Shown here: piece by piece, positions 19,146-28,744 of the stretch
Position numbering within the stretch: position 1 is the stretch's first letter
Layout: the number at the start of each line of letters is the position of its first letter
Assembly: GCA_042218325.1 (NCBI GenBank)
Contig: JBDGRE010000005.1
Coordinates: forward strand, 1-64,000
From: Candidatus Nanohaloarchaea archaeon
GTDB lineage: Archaea; Nanohalarchaeota; Nanosalinia; Nanosalinales; Nanosalinaceae
Direction of reading: 5' to 3'
DNA length: 64,000 nt
Program-made: the position numbers and the translations under genes
Notes under the pieces: model-generated
What the model saw: only the letters and a program-made list of their open reading frames with translations
Told to the model about the DNA's origin: nothing
Databases searched by the model: none

Positions 19146-19743
19146 CATAGCTATCCCCAAGAACTCCTCGATGAACCGGGATGCCCTACAGTTCTACCGG
19201 GATGAGGGATACGCGATGGACGAACTTGAACCTGGTTCCCGGTGTTACAGGCAGGAGGTGGGGGAAGACAGTTTCTATCTGATGAAAGCTCAGGACATCC
19301 CTGAGGCGGTTTACAGCGGCAAGGTTGATGAAGGCGTGACCGGCTTCGATATCCTGCTGGACTACGCCTGCCGGGAAGATATCCCTCTATCTGCTTCAGG
19401 TTTCGAGAAGCTTGGTTTTGCCGAGGCGGATATAGTCTTGGCATCCCCTTCGGGAGGGTTCCCCGATTCAGGTCCGGTCACAGTGGCAACAAGCTACCCG
19501 GGACTTGCAGAGAACTATCTCAGTGGCCGTTACGAGCAGATAGACGTACGCGAAAAGATGGGCTCGGTCGAGCTTTTCCCCTGCTTCGAGGATATCGACG
19601 GGATACTGGAGGTCAAGGAGACCGGAAACACACTGGAGAAGAACGACCTGGAAGTGGTGGAGAAAGTTCTCGGGGATGGCACCGAGGCCGTCCGATTGAA
19701 AAATCCAGAGGGCCAAAGAAGGGACAGAGAGCTGGAAAAATGA
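19138..19743 (+). CDS. hisG: ATP phosphoribosyltransferase, short form
   Basis: IAIPK, KAQDIP, GVTGFD, VATSYP, GSVE, ETGNTLEKNDL; 201 aa; GGAGGTG SD. Confidence 0.85.
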   Translation: MADIAIPKNSSMNRDALQFYRDEGYAMDELEPGSRCYRQEVGEDSFYLMKAQDIPEAVYSGKVDEGVTGFDILLDYACREDIPLSASGFEKLGFAEADIVLASPSGGFPDSGPVTVATSYPGLAENYLSGRYEQIDVREKMGSVELFPCFEDIDGILEVKETGNTLEKNDLEVVEKVLGDGTEAVRLKNPEGQRRDRELEK

Positions 19744-21038
19744 CTGAGATAAAGGGCCTGAAAGGTTTCTACGACCGGTACCCGGACGAGTGGGCTACCT
19801 GGAGAAAACTTATCGATACAGTCGAGGAGACCGCCAGGGAGTTCGGCTTCCGGGAGAACAAGACGCCCTCGGTGGAGAGAGCGGACCTGTACCGTGTCAA
19901 GTCGGGAGAGGAGATGATGGACCAGATGTACAGCTTCGAGGATAAAGGCGGAAGAGAGGTATCGCTGATACCCGAGCAGACGCCTACTCGTGCGAGGATG
20001 ATACAGTCGCGGAAGGATCTCAAGACTCCGGTGAAGTGGTTCGATACCTCGAAGAGATGGAGGTACGAAGAAGTTCAGCGAGGCCGGGACCGGGAGTTCT
20101 TCCAGACCGATATCGACATCTTCGGCATAGAATCCGTGGGCGCGGAAGCAGAGGTAATCGCATGCGCCGCGACCATATACCAGAAACTCGGGCTCGAGAA
20201 CCGAGTCGAGTTCCTGGTAAACAACCGCGAGCTGCTGGAGGCCATACTCGATGTCTACGGTATCGAGGAAAAAGAGGCCGCGATGGGCGTCATCGATGAC
20301 AGGGAGAAGATGACCCGCGAAGAGTTCATAGAAGATCTGAAGGAGGAAGGCATCCCCAGCTCACAGGCGAAACAGGTCGAAGAGATAACCTCGATATCCG
20401 GGCCGATAGAGGATACGGTCGAGGAGCTGAGGGACAAGATACCGGCGGAGGCCGAGGACTCGGTGGACAGGATGGAGGAGCTGGGGGAGATGCTGAGGTC
20501 CTATGGTGTCGAGGACATGTGCAAACTGGACCTCTCCATAGTGAGAGGGTTCGCTTACTACACCGGCCTGGTCTTCGAGGCGTTTGATGCCGAAAGGGAG
20601 CTGAGGGCTCTGTTCGGCGGCGGCCGGTACGACACCCTGGTCGGCCTGTTCGGCGACCGGGAGGTCCCGGCGGTCGGCTTCGGCTTCGGATACTCCACTA
20701 CGATGGAACTCCTCAGGAAAGAAGACAGGTACCCTCTAAGAGAAGTCGAGACCGATGTGTATGTCCTGAGTGCCTCCCGGTCGGTCTACAGTACGGCGCT
20801 CGACTACGCGAGGAAGTTAAGAGAGAAAGGCCTGTCTGTCGAGACCGATCTTGCGGGTAGGAGCTTCGGCAACCAGCTGGAGTACGCTGATTCCATGAAC
20901 GCCCGCCGGGTACTGGTAGTCGGCGAACGCGACCTCGAGAACGGCGAGGTAACGATGAAGCACATGGACTCCGGCGAGGAGGAGAAAGTCGACCGCGACT
21001 CGGTGATCGACCACCTCGCGAAAGAGGGCCTAATCTAG
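19740..21038 (+). CDS. hisS: Histidine--tRNA ligase
   Basis: KGFYD, PEQT, WRYE...GRDREFFQ, VRGFAYYTG, GGGRYD, AVGFGFG and an anticodon-binding domain. Confidence 0.95.
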   Translation: MTEIKGLKGFYDRYPDEWATWRKLIDTVEETAREFGFRENKTPSVERADLYRVKSGEEMMDQMYSFEDKGGREVSLIPEQTPTRARMIQSRKDLKTPVKWFDTSKRWRYEEVQRGRDREFFQTDIDIFGIESVGAEAEVIACAATIYQKLGLENRVEFLVNNRELLEAILDVYGIEEKEAAMGVIDDREKMTREEFIEDLKEEGIPSSQAKQVEEITSISGPIEDTVEELRDKIPAEAEDSVDRMEELGEMLRSYGVEDMCKLDLSIVRGFAYYTGLVFEAFDAERELRALFGGGRYDTLVGLFGDREVPAVGFGFGYSTTMELLRKEDRYPLREVETDVYVLSASRSVYSTALDYARKLREKGLSVETDLAGRSFGNQLEYADSMNARRVLVVGERDLENGEVTMKHMDSGEEEKVDRDSVIDHLAKEGLI

Positions 21039-21505
21039 ATGGATAGTTCCTCTTCAAGGGCTTGAATTGCGGGACCCCAGTCGTTTTCCATCTTGGCCCG
21101 GAATTCCTTTAGAGGGCGTTCTATCCTTCCAGCAGCATCTGCTTCCCTGAAATCTTCCATGTCCTTCTCTATATGGTCAAGTTCTCCCTCTACTTCGTCC
21201 ATCCTCCCGGGTGAAAGACCTGTCTTCTTGAGGTCTTCCGCAACTGCTGCATCGGAAGAGGCACTTTTTACGTCCTGCTTGAATTTCTTCACCTCGGCAC
21301 GAACCTTCTCCACTCTCTCCTCCAGTTCCTCCATCTCTATCTCGACATCGGTAGCAGCTTTTTCCCCCGACATATCTTCCCCCTCGTTCCTGAGGAACCT
21401 TTTCCCACTCTCTATTATCTTTTGCAGGGCCGTGATTATAGTCCCGTCTTCCGCGGCGAGTTTCTGTTCCACCTTATCCTTCTTGCTACTCCTGAAAAGC
21501 CCCAT
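21035..21505 (-). CDS. Hypothetical coiled-coil protein
   Basis: E/K-rich heptad pattern. Confidence 0.6.
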   Translation of the reverse strand: MGLFRSSKKDKVEQKLAAEDGTIITALQKIIESGKRFLRNEGEDMSGEKAATDVEIEMEELEERVEKVRAEVKKFKQDVKSASSDAAVAEDLKKTGLSPGRMDEVEGELDHIEKDMEDFREADAAGRIERPLKEFRAKMENDWGPAIQALEEELSI

Positions 21506-21533
21506 AAATCAACATCTGGGAGCCTCTCGTTTT

Positions 21534-21923
21534 TCAAGCCTTCCCGAAATCTCCAAGATTGCTCTGCTGCTGTTCCCGTTCCTCCATGAAGAAGTTGTAC
21601 TCCCGGGCCACCCAGCGCGACAGCAGTGACGAAATCGACTCGACCTGGTTGTCTGTCAGCTCCTTGTCATCCGGGATGCCGTGCGCGAGATGCATCTCCT
21701 CGCGGGAGGCCACGTTACAGGCGTGCATCGCCTTGTAAACCGGATTTCCTCCTATCGGGGTCTGCTCCCCGTCGTTCCCGGGTTTTTTCCGCAACTTCTT
21801 CTCCACCATGCTTCGGGCCTGCTCCCGGACACCATCGATACCTACCTGCTGTATCAGCTCGATATCCTGTTCGTCCAGCCTCGGCTTAGAGACGTCGCGT
21901 CCCGGGAGTTTTAACCTCCGCAT
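21534..21923 (-). CDS. DUF4186 family protein
   Basis: NDGEQTP, NPVYKAMHA, HGIP...ELT pattern. Confidence 0.75.
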   Translation of the reverse strand: MRRLKLPGRDVSKPRLDEQDIELIQQVGIDGVREQARSMVEKKLRKKPGNDGEQTPIGGNPVYKAMHACNVASREEMHLAHGIPDDKELTDNQVESISSLLSRWVAREYNFFMEEREQQQSNLGDFGKA

Positions 21924-21962
21924 ATGACGGTGTTATAGGGTGCGAAGGTTTTAAGGATCGAG

Positions 21963-22480
21963 CTACCCGATGCCGAAACCCTCTGGAGGCCCGTGCGTGT
22001 CCCAGGGCTCTACAAGTTCTCCGGCGGAGGCCTTCTTCAATTCATGCAGCGCCCTTTGCGGGCCTATGTCATCTATACCGAGCTCCATCGCGGCCTTCAG
22101 TTCTGCCGCTATCTCGCCTATCCAGTCGACACCGCATTCACGGTAAAGCTCTGTGAAGTAGTCGTGGATCCATGAAGTCTCCGAATCCAGTTCCTTCAGA
22201 TCTTCCCGTATTTCCCCCTCAAGCTCTTCGGCCTCACCTTCCGAACTCTTGACGAGTAGAGTGCCAGCAGCAGGAACTCTTTCTCCATCGCCAGGCTGTC
22301 GACCTCCTGCTCCAGCTCTTTCTTGTGCCTGGTGAACGCTCTCATCGCCGCGACCTTCTCCTCTTGCTGTACCTTGGTCGTCAGCTGCTGGAGCTGTTCC
22401 TGGATGACCCTGGCCCAGTTCTTCTGATCCACTGACTCCGCTATCTCCGCGGCCTTCTCCACCCTGTTCGACTGCTGCAT
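21963..22480 (-). pseudogene. Frameshifted hypothetical protein
   Basis: ORF 22196-22480 turns basic after LLLALYS while the -1 frame continues acidic (SSEGEAEELEGEIREDLKEL...GFGIG*) to 21963. Confidence 0.55.
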
Positions 22481-22532
22481 AACCGGAGATTGGTGGAGCC
22501 GATTAAAAACTTTGGAGGGCCTTCAGGAACAC

Positions 22533-23729
22533 ATGCCATACAAAATCGGACTGGTAGGAAAGCCCAGTGTGGGCAAGTCGACGTTCTTCAACGCCGCGAC
22601 GATGGATGATGTGGACGAGGGCGCGTACCCGTTCACCACCATCGACCCGTCGGTCGGTGAGGCGTACGTCCGCGTCCAGTGTGCGGCTCCGGAGTTCGAC
22701 CAGGGCTGCGATCCCCGCGTCAGCTTCTGCATCGAAGGAACCCGCTTTGTTCCTGTCCAGCTCGTGGATGTGGCGGGGCTTATACCCGGTGCGCACGAGG
22801 GAAAAGGGCTCGGCAACAAGTTCCTGACCGACCTCAATGAGGCCGACGTGCTTGTCCACATAGTCGACTTTTCAGGCAAGACGGACGAGGAGGGGGAGCC
22901 GACCGAGGGCCACGACCCGCGGGAGGACATCGACTTCCTCGAAGAGGAGCTCGACATGTGGTACCTCGAGATACTGGAGAAAGGTATCGACCGTTACGAG
23001 TCGAAGAACAACCAGCCTGATACGAAACTGGAGGAGGAGCTGGCGGAGCAGATGAGCGCGTTCAAGATATCGAAGAACCGCATCAAGCAAATCATCCTGT
23101 CGCTCGACTTCAAGCTGGAGCCCGATAGCTGGGACGAAAGCGACCGTGAAAAACTGGCGCGGGAGATAAGGAAGGATACCAAGCCGATGGTCATCGCCGC
23201 CAACAAAATGGACACCGAGGCAGCGCGGGAGAACTACGAGGAGATAACCTCGGACCCGGATTACGAACACCTCACCATCGTGCCCTGCAGCGCGCACGCG
23301 GAGAAGGCGCTGAAGAACGCGGAGGAGAAAGACATAGTTGACTATGTCCCGGGGAGCAGCGAGTTCGAGGTACTTGAAGAGCTGCCGGAGGAGAAAAAGG
23401 AAGGGCTGGAGGAGATACGGGATTTCATCGACGAGTTCGGGAGCACCGGCGTCCAGGACGCGCTGGAGAAGGCCCTGTTCGACGAGCTCGGAGTCATCGC
23501 GGTGTTCCCTGGCGGCACCGACGGCCTCGAGGACGACCACGGCCGCGTACTTCCTGACTGCTTCCTTCTACCGGAAGGTTCGACTGCGGAGGACTTCGCC
23601 TACGAACTCCACTCCGATATCGGCGAGGGTTTCCTCCACGCGATAGATGTCAGGGAGAAACGGCAGATAGGGGCGGACCACGAACTCGGCCATCGTGATG
23701 TCGTCAAGGTGGAGTCCAGCAACCAGTGA
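22533..23729 (+). CDS. ychF: YchF/Obg-family translation-associated ATPase/GTPase
   Basis: GKPSVGKST, YPFTTIDP, DVAGLIPGAHEGKGLGN, NKMD, C-terminal TGS domain. Confidence 0.92.
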   Translation: MPYKIGLVGKPSVGKSTFFNAATMDDVDEGAYPFTTIDPSVGEAYVRVQCAAPEFDQGCDPRVSFCIEGTRFVPVQLVDVAGLIPGAHEGKGLGNKFLTDLNEADVLVHIVDFSGKTDEEGEPTEGHDPREDIDFLEEELDMWYLEILEKGIDRYESKNNQPDTKLEEELAEQMSAFKISKNRIKQIILSLDFKLEPDSWDESDREKLAREIRKDTKPMVIAANKMDTEAARENYEEITSDPDYEHLTIVPCSAHAEKALKNAEEKDIVDYVPGSSEFEVLEELPEEKKEGLEEIRDFIDEFGSTGVQDALEKALFDELGVIAVFPGGTDGLEDDHGRVLPDCFLLPEGSTAEDFAYELHSDIGEGFLHAIDVREKRQIGADHELGHRDVVKVESSNQ

Positions 23730-23755
23730 AAAAAATAAAGAAAAGGAAAGAAGAC

Positions 23756-24349
23756 TCAGAAGAGGCCTGAAAGCCAGTTGATGAACCCTGTCAGCATCCC
23801 TCTGTTCTGTGGCGGCTGTTCCTCCGACGGTTCCTGGCTGCTGTAGCCCGGATGCGTCAGTGTCTCGACTTTCTGTCCGTCGTGCCTGACCTCCAGCCTG
23901 AAGGGTGCGTCGGTCTGGAAGGTGGCGCTGTAATCGATTGCGGTAAGGACCTGTGCGCAACCCGTGCCGTTCCGGTCCATCTGGTCTTTCTCCGTCTTCA
24001 CGTTGATGATGTAGCTGTTCTCGCCTGTCTCGTTCAGGCTGTGACCGATGACGTGGCACGGCGTCCCTGCGACTATCTCGCCGGTAAAGGCTACTTTCCG
24101 CTTCTCCCCGTCGCTGGAGAAGCTCGCGTTACCGGCGCTGCCTATCGGGTCCTCGGCTGTGTGCCGGCCCTGCATCGAGACCGTCGCGCGGTAAGCGGTG
24201 CCGTTCGGGCCTGCCGCGACCGTCCCTGAGGCGCTTGAGCTCCCTGAATCCATGATGTGCATGTCTCCTCCTGAGCCGTTGTAGCCGACCACTGCGGTCG
24301 CCCCGCTGGCTATGAGTAAAAGTGCTGCGGTAAGTGCTGTTCGTTTCAT
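23756..24349 (-). CDS. Secreted/surface protein with a PrcB-C-like domain
   Basis: Signal peptide; TPCH...CAQVLT cysteine pair; amphipathic tail GFINWLSGLF. Confidence 0.6.
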   Translation of the reverse strand: MKRTALTAALLLIASGATAVVGYNGSGGDMHIMDSGSSSASGTVAAGPNGTAYRATVSMQGRHTAEDPIGSAGNASFSSDGEKRKVAFTGEIVAGTPCHVIGHSLNETGENSYIINVKTEKDQMDRNGTGCAQVLTAIDYSATFQTDAPFRLEVRHDGQKVETLTHPGYSSQEPSEEQPPQNRGMLTGFINWLSGLF

Positions 24350-24392
24350 ACCTCGAGCTTTGTGGCCAGCAGTTTAAAAGGGAGTCGAAGCT

Positions 24393-24410
24393 GTTCGGGC
24401 GGCGCCGAAC
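24393..24410. promoter_or_regulatory. Candidate operator GTTCG-N8-CGAAC
   Basis: TGTTCGG-N6-CCGAACA inverted repeat upstream of the TTTAAA box of the secreted protein gene. Confidence 0.45.
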
Positions 24411-24443
24411 ATGTTTTGAAATTCGTTCATCCAACACCGTGGT

Positions 24444-24974
24444 ATGGCGCCGGATACCGGGTTCATCGAGAGATACCTCCAGCTCTACGACGAGACGCAG
24501 GGCGTGCTGCCGGGGAAGTTGGAGGAGTTCGGCGAGGCCTACCGCAGCCAGGGTTACCTGACGCGGGACCAGCTGTATGAAATCGCGTACGAGTCGTCGA
24601 CCCGGAGCGCCCACCACGTGAAGGACAACACGGAGGAACAGTGCAGGGAGATAACAGGTAATGTAATAGAGGTGGACGGCGATCTCTCGAAGATGGCGCT
24701 TTTGACTGCGTTGAAGGGTTTCAAGGCGCCGACCGCCTCATGTGTTCTAGCTGCGCTGGACTTTCGGCACGCTGTGGTCGACACCCGGGTGTGGGCGTCG
24801 CTGGAGAGGCTGGACTATCTTGAGGGCTGGAAAGAGTCTTTCGACGCCCGCGACTACGTTGAGATGATACAGCCGATAAGAGGCATCGCGGAGGAAACCG
24901 GTTTTTCACCTCGCGAAGTCGGCTATGCGCTGTTCGCCCACGACTACGATGTTCGGGAGGGCACGCTGCATTGA
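24444..24974 (+). CDS. HhH-superfamily (DNA glycosylase-like) hypothetical protein
   Basis: LTALKGFKAPTASCVL...VVDTRVW HhH motif and catalytic Asp. Confidence 0.6.
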   Translation: MAPDTGFIERYLQLYDETQGVLPGKLEEFGEAYRSQGYLTRDQLYEIAYESSTRSAHHVKDNTEEQCREITGNVIEVDGDLSKMALLTALKGFKAPTASCVLAALDFRHAVVDTRVWASLERLDYLEGWKESFDARDYVEMIQPIRGIAEETGFSPREVGYALFAHDYDVREGTLH

Positions 24975-25029
24975 GAGGGAGCTATAAAGCTTCCGGTCGA
25001 ATAACAGGTTACAGAGGAAAGTTTGAGGT

Positions 25030-26163
25030 ATGAGTTTTACGAGTCTTGACATTTCGAAAGATATAGTTGATAACCTGGAGAAACACGGTATCACGGAGCC
25101 CACCGAGGTACAGGAAAAATCCATCCCCCACATACATATAGGGGAGGACGTCCTGGTCGAGTCGGAGACCGGCTCAGGGAAGACACTGGCGTTCTCCCTG
25201 CCCATCATGGAAAGGGTATCGGGCAGCGACACCCAGGCGCTCGTGCTTTCTCCCACGCGGGAGCTTGCGAAGCAGATAGCCGAGGAGATAGACAAGGCCG
25301 CCACGGAAGAGATCGAAACAGTTACCATCTACGGCGGCGTCTCCTACGGCCCGCAGGTGAAGGGCGCGAAGAACGCCAATATCGTCGTCGGAACACCCGG
25401 ACGCGTTCTCGACCTTCTGAAGCAGGGCAAGCTCGACGTCTCCACGCTGGAGTACTTCGTGCTCGATGAGGCTGACCGGATGCTCGACATGGGATTCCAA
25501 AACGAGCTCGAGGCCATAATCGACTTCCTGCCGGACGACAGGCAGAACCTTCTGTTCGGGGCGACCATCCCTCCGGACCTGAAGAAGATGTGCGACCGCT
25601 ACGATATCGACCCGGAGGTCATCCGGATAAAGAAGAAAACACATACAAGGAACCTCTCCGAGAAATACATCGACTGCAAGTCGAACAGGAAGCTCAGCAC
25701 GCTTTACACGCTTCTGAAGAAGAGGGAAAGAGACCTGTCGCTGGTCTTCTGCCGCACCAAGAACACGACCCGTTGGCTGGCGGACAAGCTCCGGAAGAAC
25801 GGTATCGACGCGCAGGAGCTGAACGGCGACATGTCCCAGCACCAGCGCGAGGACGTCGTGGAGGACTTCGAGGACGGCAAGATAAACGTTATCGTGGCGA
25901 CGGACGTGGCGGCGAGAGGGCTCGACATCGACGATATCTCTCACGTCTTCAACTACGATGTCCCGGACACTTTCGACACATACACTCACAGGGTCGGCCG
26001 CGCAGGGAGACAGGGCCGCGAGGGCGAGGCGATAACGCTGCTGGAGAAGGACCAGCACCGCAAGTTCCGGAAGATCAAGCGCGGGAAGAAAGGCGTGAAG
26101 AACTCCACCAAGATAGAGAAGATGGACCGCGACGAGCTCGACCTGAAGCGAGTCAAGACCTGA
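25030..26163 (+). CDS. DEAD-box RNA helicase
   Basis: Q motif, TGSGKT, PTRELA, TPGR, DEAD, TDVAARGLD, HRVGRAGR. Confidence 0.95.
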   Translation: MSFTSLDISKDIVDNLEKHGITEPTEVQEKSIPHIHIGEDVLVESETGSGKTLAFSLPIMERVSGSDTQALVLSPTRELAKQIAEEIDKAATEEIETVTIYGGVSYGPQVKGAKNANIVVGTPGRVLDLLKQGKLDVSTLEYFVLDEADRMLDMGFQNELEAIIDFLPDDRQNLLFGATIPPDLKKMCDRYDIDPEVIRIKKKTHTRNLSEKYIDCKSNRKLSTLYTLLKKRERDLSLVFCRTKNTTRWLADKLRKNGIDAQELNGDMSQHQREDVVEDFEDGKINVIVATDVAARGLDIDDISHVFNYDVPDTFDTYTHRVGRAGRQGREGEAITLLEKDQHRKFRKIKRGKKGVKNSTKIEKMDRDELDLKRVKT

Positions 26164-26196
26164 AGTTTTAAGACGCGGCCCTGGTAAGGGTATTCC

Positions 26197-26460
26197 ATGG
26201 CAGAAGAAGCCAGGCTGGAACCTGTCAGCATGGGCGCCGCTTTCGGCGTCATCTACGCCCTATTCATGCTCGCTCTCGGTCTTTCAGCCTATACTGTCGG
26301 CTGGGGTACTGAAATTGTGGGCATGATGTCGTCGCTCTATGTAGGCTTCGCAGCGACTGTAACCGGAAGCCTTGTCGGGGCGGTATGGGGCGCAGTCGAC
26401 GGTTTTATCCTCGGCTACCTGCTGGCCTGGACCTACAACACAGTGCTTAAACGCCGCTGA
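26197..26460 (+). CDS. Small membrane protein of the 'bacteriophage holin'-annotated family
   Basis: SSLYVG...GSLVGAVWGAVDG...LAWTYN pattern. Confidence 0.6.
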   Translation: MAEEARLEPVSMGAAFGVIYALFMLALGLSAYTVGWGTEIVGMMSSLYVGFAATVTGSLVGAVWGAVDGFILGYLLAWTYNTVLKRR

Positions 26461-26509
26461 ACGCTCCAGCAGCAAGGATTTCATAAGCATGTGAACTAAA
26501 GGTTCTTCT

Positions 26510-26959
26510 ATGCCGCGAAGATTCATAGTAGAGGGTGCAAGCCTGCTGGAAAGTGAGGGCAAGTTCTTGCTTGTGAACAGGGACGGTCTCTGGGGTTTCC
26601 CGTCGGCTGTCATGGAGAAAGACGAGGACATGCCGGTCGAATGCGCACGTTGGGAGACCATGCAGGAGACCTCGGCCCGGGTGGAGCCCGAGCAGCTGGT
26701 GGGTGTCTACCTGACACCTGTCGAGAACCGCGCCCACGACATGATGAGTTTTGTCTACAGGTGCAGCATCGCCTCCGGAGAACCCGGTGAACGGAAGGGC
26801 GTCGAGACCGGCTGGTTCACGCCGGACGAGATAAAGGAGCTCGAGCTCGAGGCGCCTTACGTAGTCAAGGCCGTGCAGGACACCAGGAACGGCGACACGG
26901 GTCCGCCTGACCTCGTGCAGGCCTGGAGAAAGACCGAAGAGATACGCTACGGCGAATAG
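26510..26959 (+). CDS. NUDIX hydrolase
   Basis: WGFPS...ECARWETMQET degenerate Nudix box; GWFT. Confidence 0.75.
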   Translation: MPRRFIVEGASLLESEGKFLLVNRDGLWGFPSAVMEKDEDMPVECARWETMQETSARVEPEQLVGVYLTPVENRAHDMMSFVYRCSIASGEPGERKGVETGWFTPDEIKELELEAPYVVKAVQDTRNGDTGPPDLVQAWRKTEEIRYGE

Positions 26960-26986
26960 ATGTTTGCCCGTTGAGTAATTAAATGT

Positions 26987-27298
26987 GTGCTTCGATACAG
27001 TTGTCCTGTGTCACTCGTCGATCCCAAGTACGGTGAAGAAGAGCTGATGGACAGGGTAGATGCTGTCTCCGGCTACGCCGGCCTCCTTGAGGAACAGGTA
27101 ACGGTGTACGCGGCCGCCCTCGACGGATACCAAGAAGGGTCTATGGAGGAATCAGGGCTCGAGTCCGCGGTACAGGATGTCGTGGTGAGCTTGGGCAATG
27201 TTTTCGACGTGGTCGAGGAACTTGATGAGCTGGCCGCAGACGAAAACTGGGTGGCGGCGGTCAAACGGGACGGCGAGGCAGGTTTCCTGGATCTCTAG
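26987..27298 (+). CDS. Hypothetical protein
   Basis: Acidic ORF; start uncertain. Confidence 0.5.
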   Translation: MLRYSCPVSLVDPKYGEEELMDRVDAVSGYAGLLEEQVTVYAAALDGYQEGSMEESGLESAVQDVVVSLGNVFDVVEELDELAADENWVAAVKRDGEAGFLDL

Positions 27299-27319
27299 AG
27301 GTGGTGCTCGCAGCTGGCC

Positions 27320-27631
27320 ATGTTCAATGGTGTCTCGGATTTTGGCGATCTTGTGCATCTCTGCTACCAGGTCCAGCACAACGATATAGAGGCAGTGACA
27401 GAGTTACGGGAGGAAGGAACTCCTGACGCGCCGACCGCCCTCGTCGCGAACTCGGACTATATAGTCGATACATGGGAAAGGCTTGACAGCCAGTATGACC
27501 AGGTCATAGAGGAGGAGGACCGGGCAAGGGAATTGTTGGACGAAAAAGGCATCCAAGGCCCGGAGCCGCCGATACTCAGGCTACTGGGTAAAAAGAGGGA
27601 GAATGCCCGCAAGCTCAACTCGGAGGTCTGA
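27320..27631 (+). CDS. Hypothetical protein
   Basis: Acidic ORF with a GAGGTG SD-like sequence upstream. Confidence 0.55.
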   Translation: MFNGVSDFGDLVHLCYQVQHNDIEAVTELREEGTPDAPTALVANSDYIVDTWERLDSQYDQVIEEEDRARELLDEKGIQGPEPPILRLLGKKRENARKLNSEV

Positions 27632-27634
27632 AGT

Positions 27635-28114
27635 TCAACCTGTCCTGTTCTCCCAGCTCATCTCTCGCTGCCGTGCCAGCATCTCGCAGTAACTGTCCCC
27701 GGGGTTCTCCATGCAGTAAGGCTGAAGTCTTTCACGCGGCAGCTCCTTGATGTACCACGGATACCGCTGCTTGTCGCACGGGTTCACCCGGAAAGGCTCG
27801 TAACCGCCAGCGTGAACCTCCCCGGTCAGGAGATTCCTGGCGGGAGGATGTATGACCTGCTCTGTCGTGCACTGTGCCGGCAGGAAACCTGTGAAGAACA
27901 GCACTGGCAACAGGAGCAGGGCTGTTAACCCGACGCTGTAGAAATTCCGCCGGTCGAACACGTGGCCCGCGGATGCGGATAACAGTACCAGCAGCGTCGT
28001 GTTCACCACCACGCCCCGCAGAGAGGGCAGGTTCACGAACATCAAAAGGCCCGCTACCAGCCCGAGTAAGGCGCCGGCCTGGTAAAACTTGATAGCCATC
28101 CGGTCGGGGTCCAT
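27635..28114 (-). CDS. Hypothetical membrane protein with a Cys-containing C-terminal domain
   Basis: Three TM segments followed by a soluble domain with 4 Cys. Confidence 0.6.
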   Translation of the reverse strand: MDPDRMAIKFYQAGALLGLVAGLLMFVNLPSLRGVVVNTTLLVLLSASAGHVFDRRNFYSVGLTALLLLPVLFFTGFLPAQCTTEQVIHPPARNLLTGEVHAGGYEPFRVNPCDKQRYPWYIKELPRERLQPYCMENPGDSYCEMLARQREMSWENRTG

Positions 28115-28198
28115 GAACTTCTAGACTTCCTGCGGCGTAAAACCGTTTTCCCCTGCCGGCGTGAGCGTTAAATCTTTTCTTCTTTGACTGGTTTGCTG

Positions 28199-28708
28199 AT
28201 GGAGCTGGCGCCTGCACCGGAAGAACCGTACATCGAGAAGTACTCGAAGCCGGGAGAGGTCTACGTCAAGTGGAACTTCGAGAGGAACCCGACGAAGGCC
28301 GCGGGCAGGCACGCGTTCATGCGGCACGAGCTGGAGGCCCTGCGGGAACAGCACAGCCTTTTACCCAGTTACTTCCCCGAACCGTACTACGCCGTCCGGG
28401 ACCAGAAGGAAAGAGTCGTCGCCATCGGCATGGAAGCCCTGGATCTCTGGAAACCGGTCCGCGAGGCTGCCTCTGTCACCGGACCCCGGCATACGGAGCA
28501 GCTCTACTTCGATATCGAGGATGCTGTCCAGACGCTCCACGGGCACGGCAACCCTCATGGCGACCTCCTGAACAACACCTGGGTGGATAGAGAGGGCGAA
28601 CTCGCGATCGTGGACCCTCTCGGATACCGCGAGGACGAGGTCTGGGAGGAGGAGCTGATGGAACGGGACATGGAAGACCTTGAAGTCCTGGAAGACTATC
28701 TTCTTTGA
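28199..28708 (+). CDS. Protein-kinase-like protein (RIO/Bud32-like)
   Basis: VYVK, HELEAL, GME, LH..G.PHGDLLNN, IVDP. Confidence 0.7.
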   Translation: MELAPAPEEPYIEKYSKPGEVYVKWNFERNPTKAAGRHAFMRHELEALREQHSLLPSYFPEPYYAVRDQKERVVAIGMEALDLWKPVREAASVTGPRHTEQLYFDIEDAVQTLHGHGNPHGDLLNNTWVDREGELAIVDPLGYREDEVWEEELMERDMEDLEVLEDYLL

Positions 28709-28744
28709 GGATCCTGGACCGCTGGCAAATACAGGCCTGTGATT

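Noticed and set aside
26197-26460. Provirus suggested by the holin-like gene
   Set aside because: No capsid, terminase, integrase or lysis neighbours; this family also occurs in cellular contexts.
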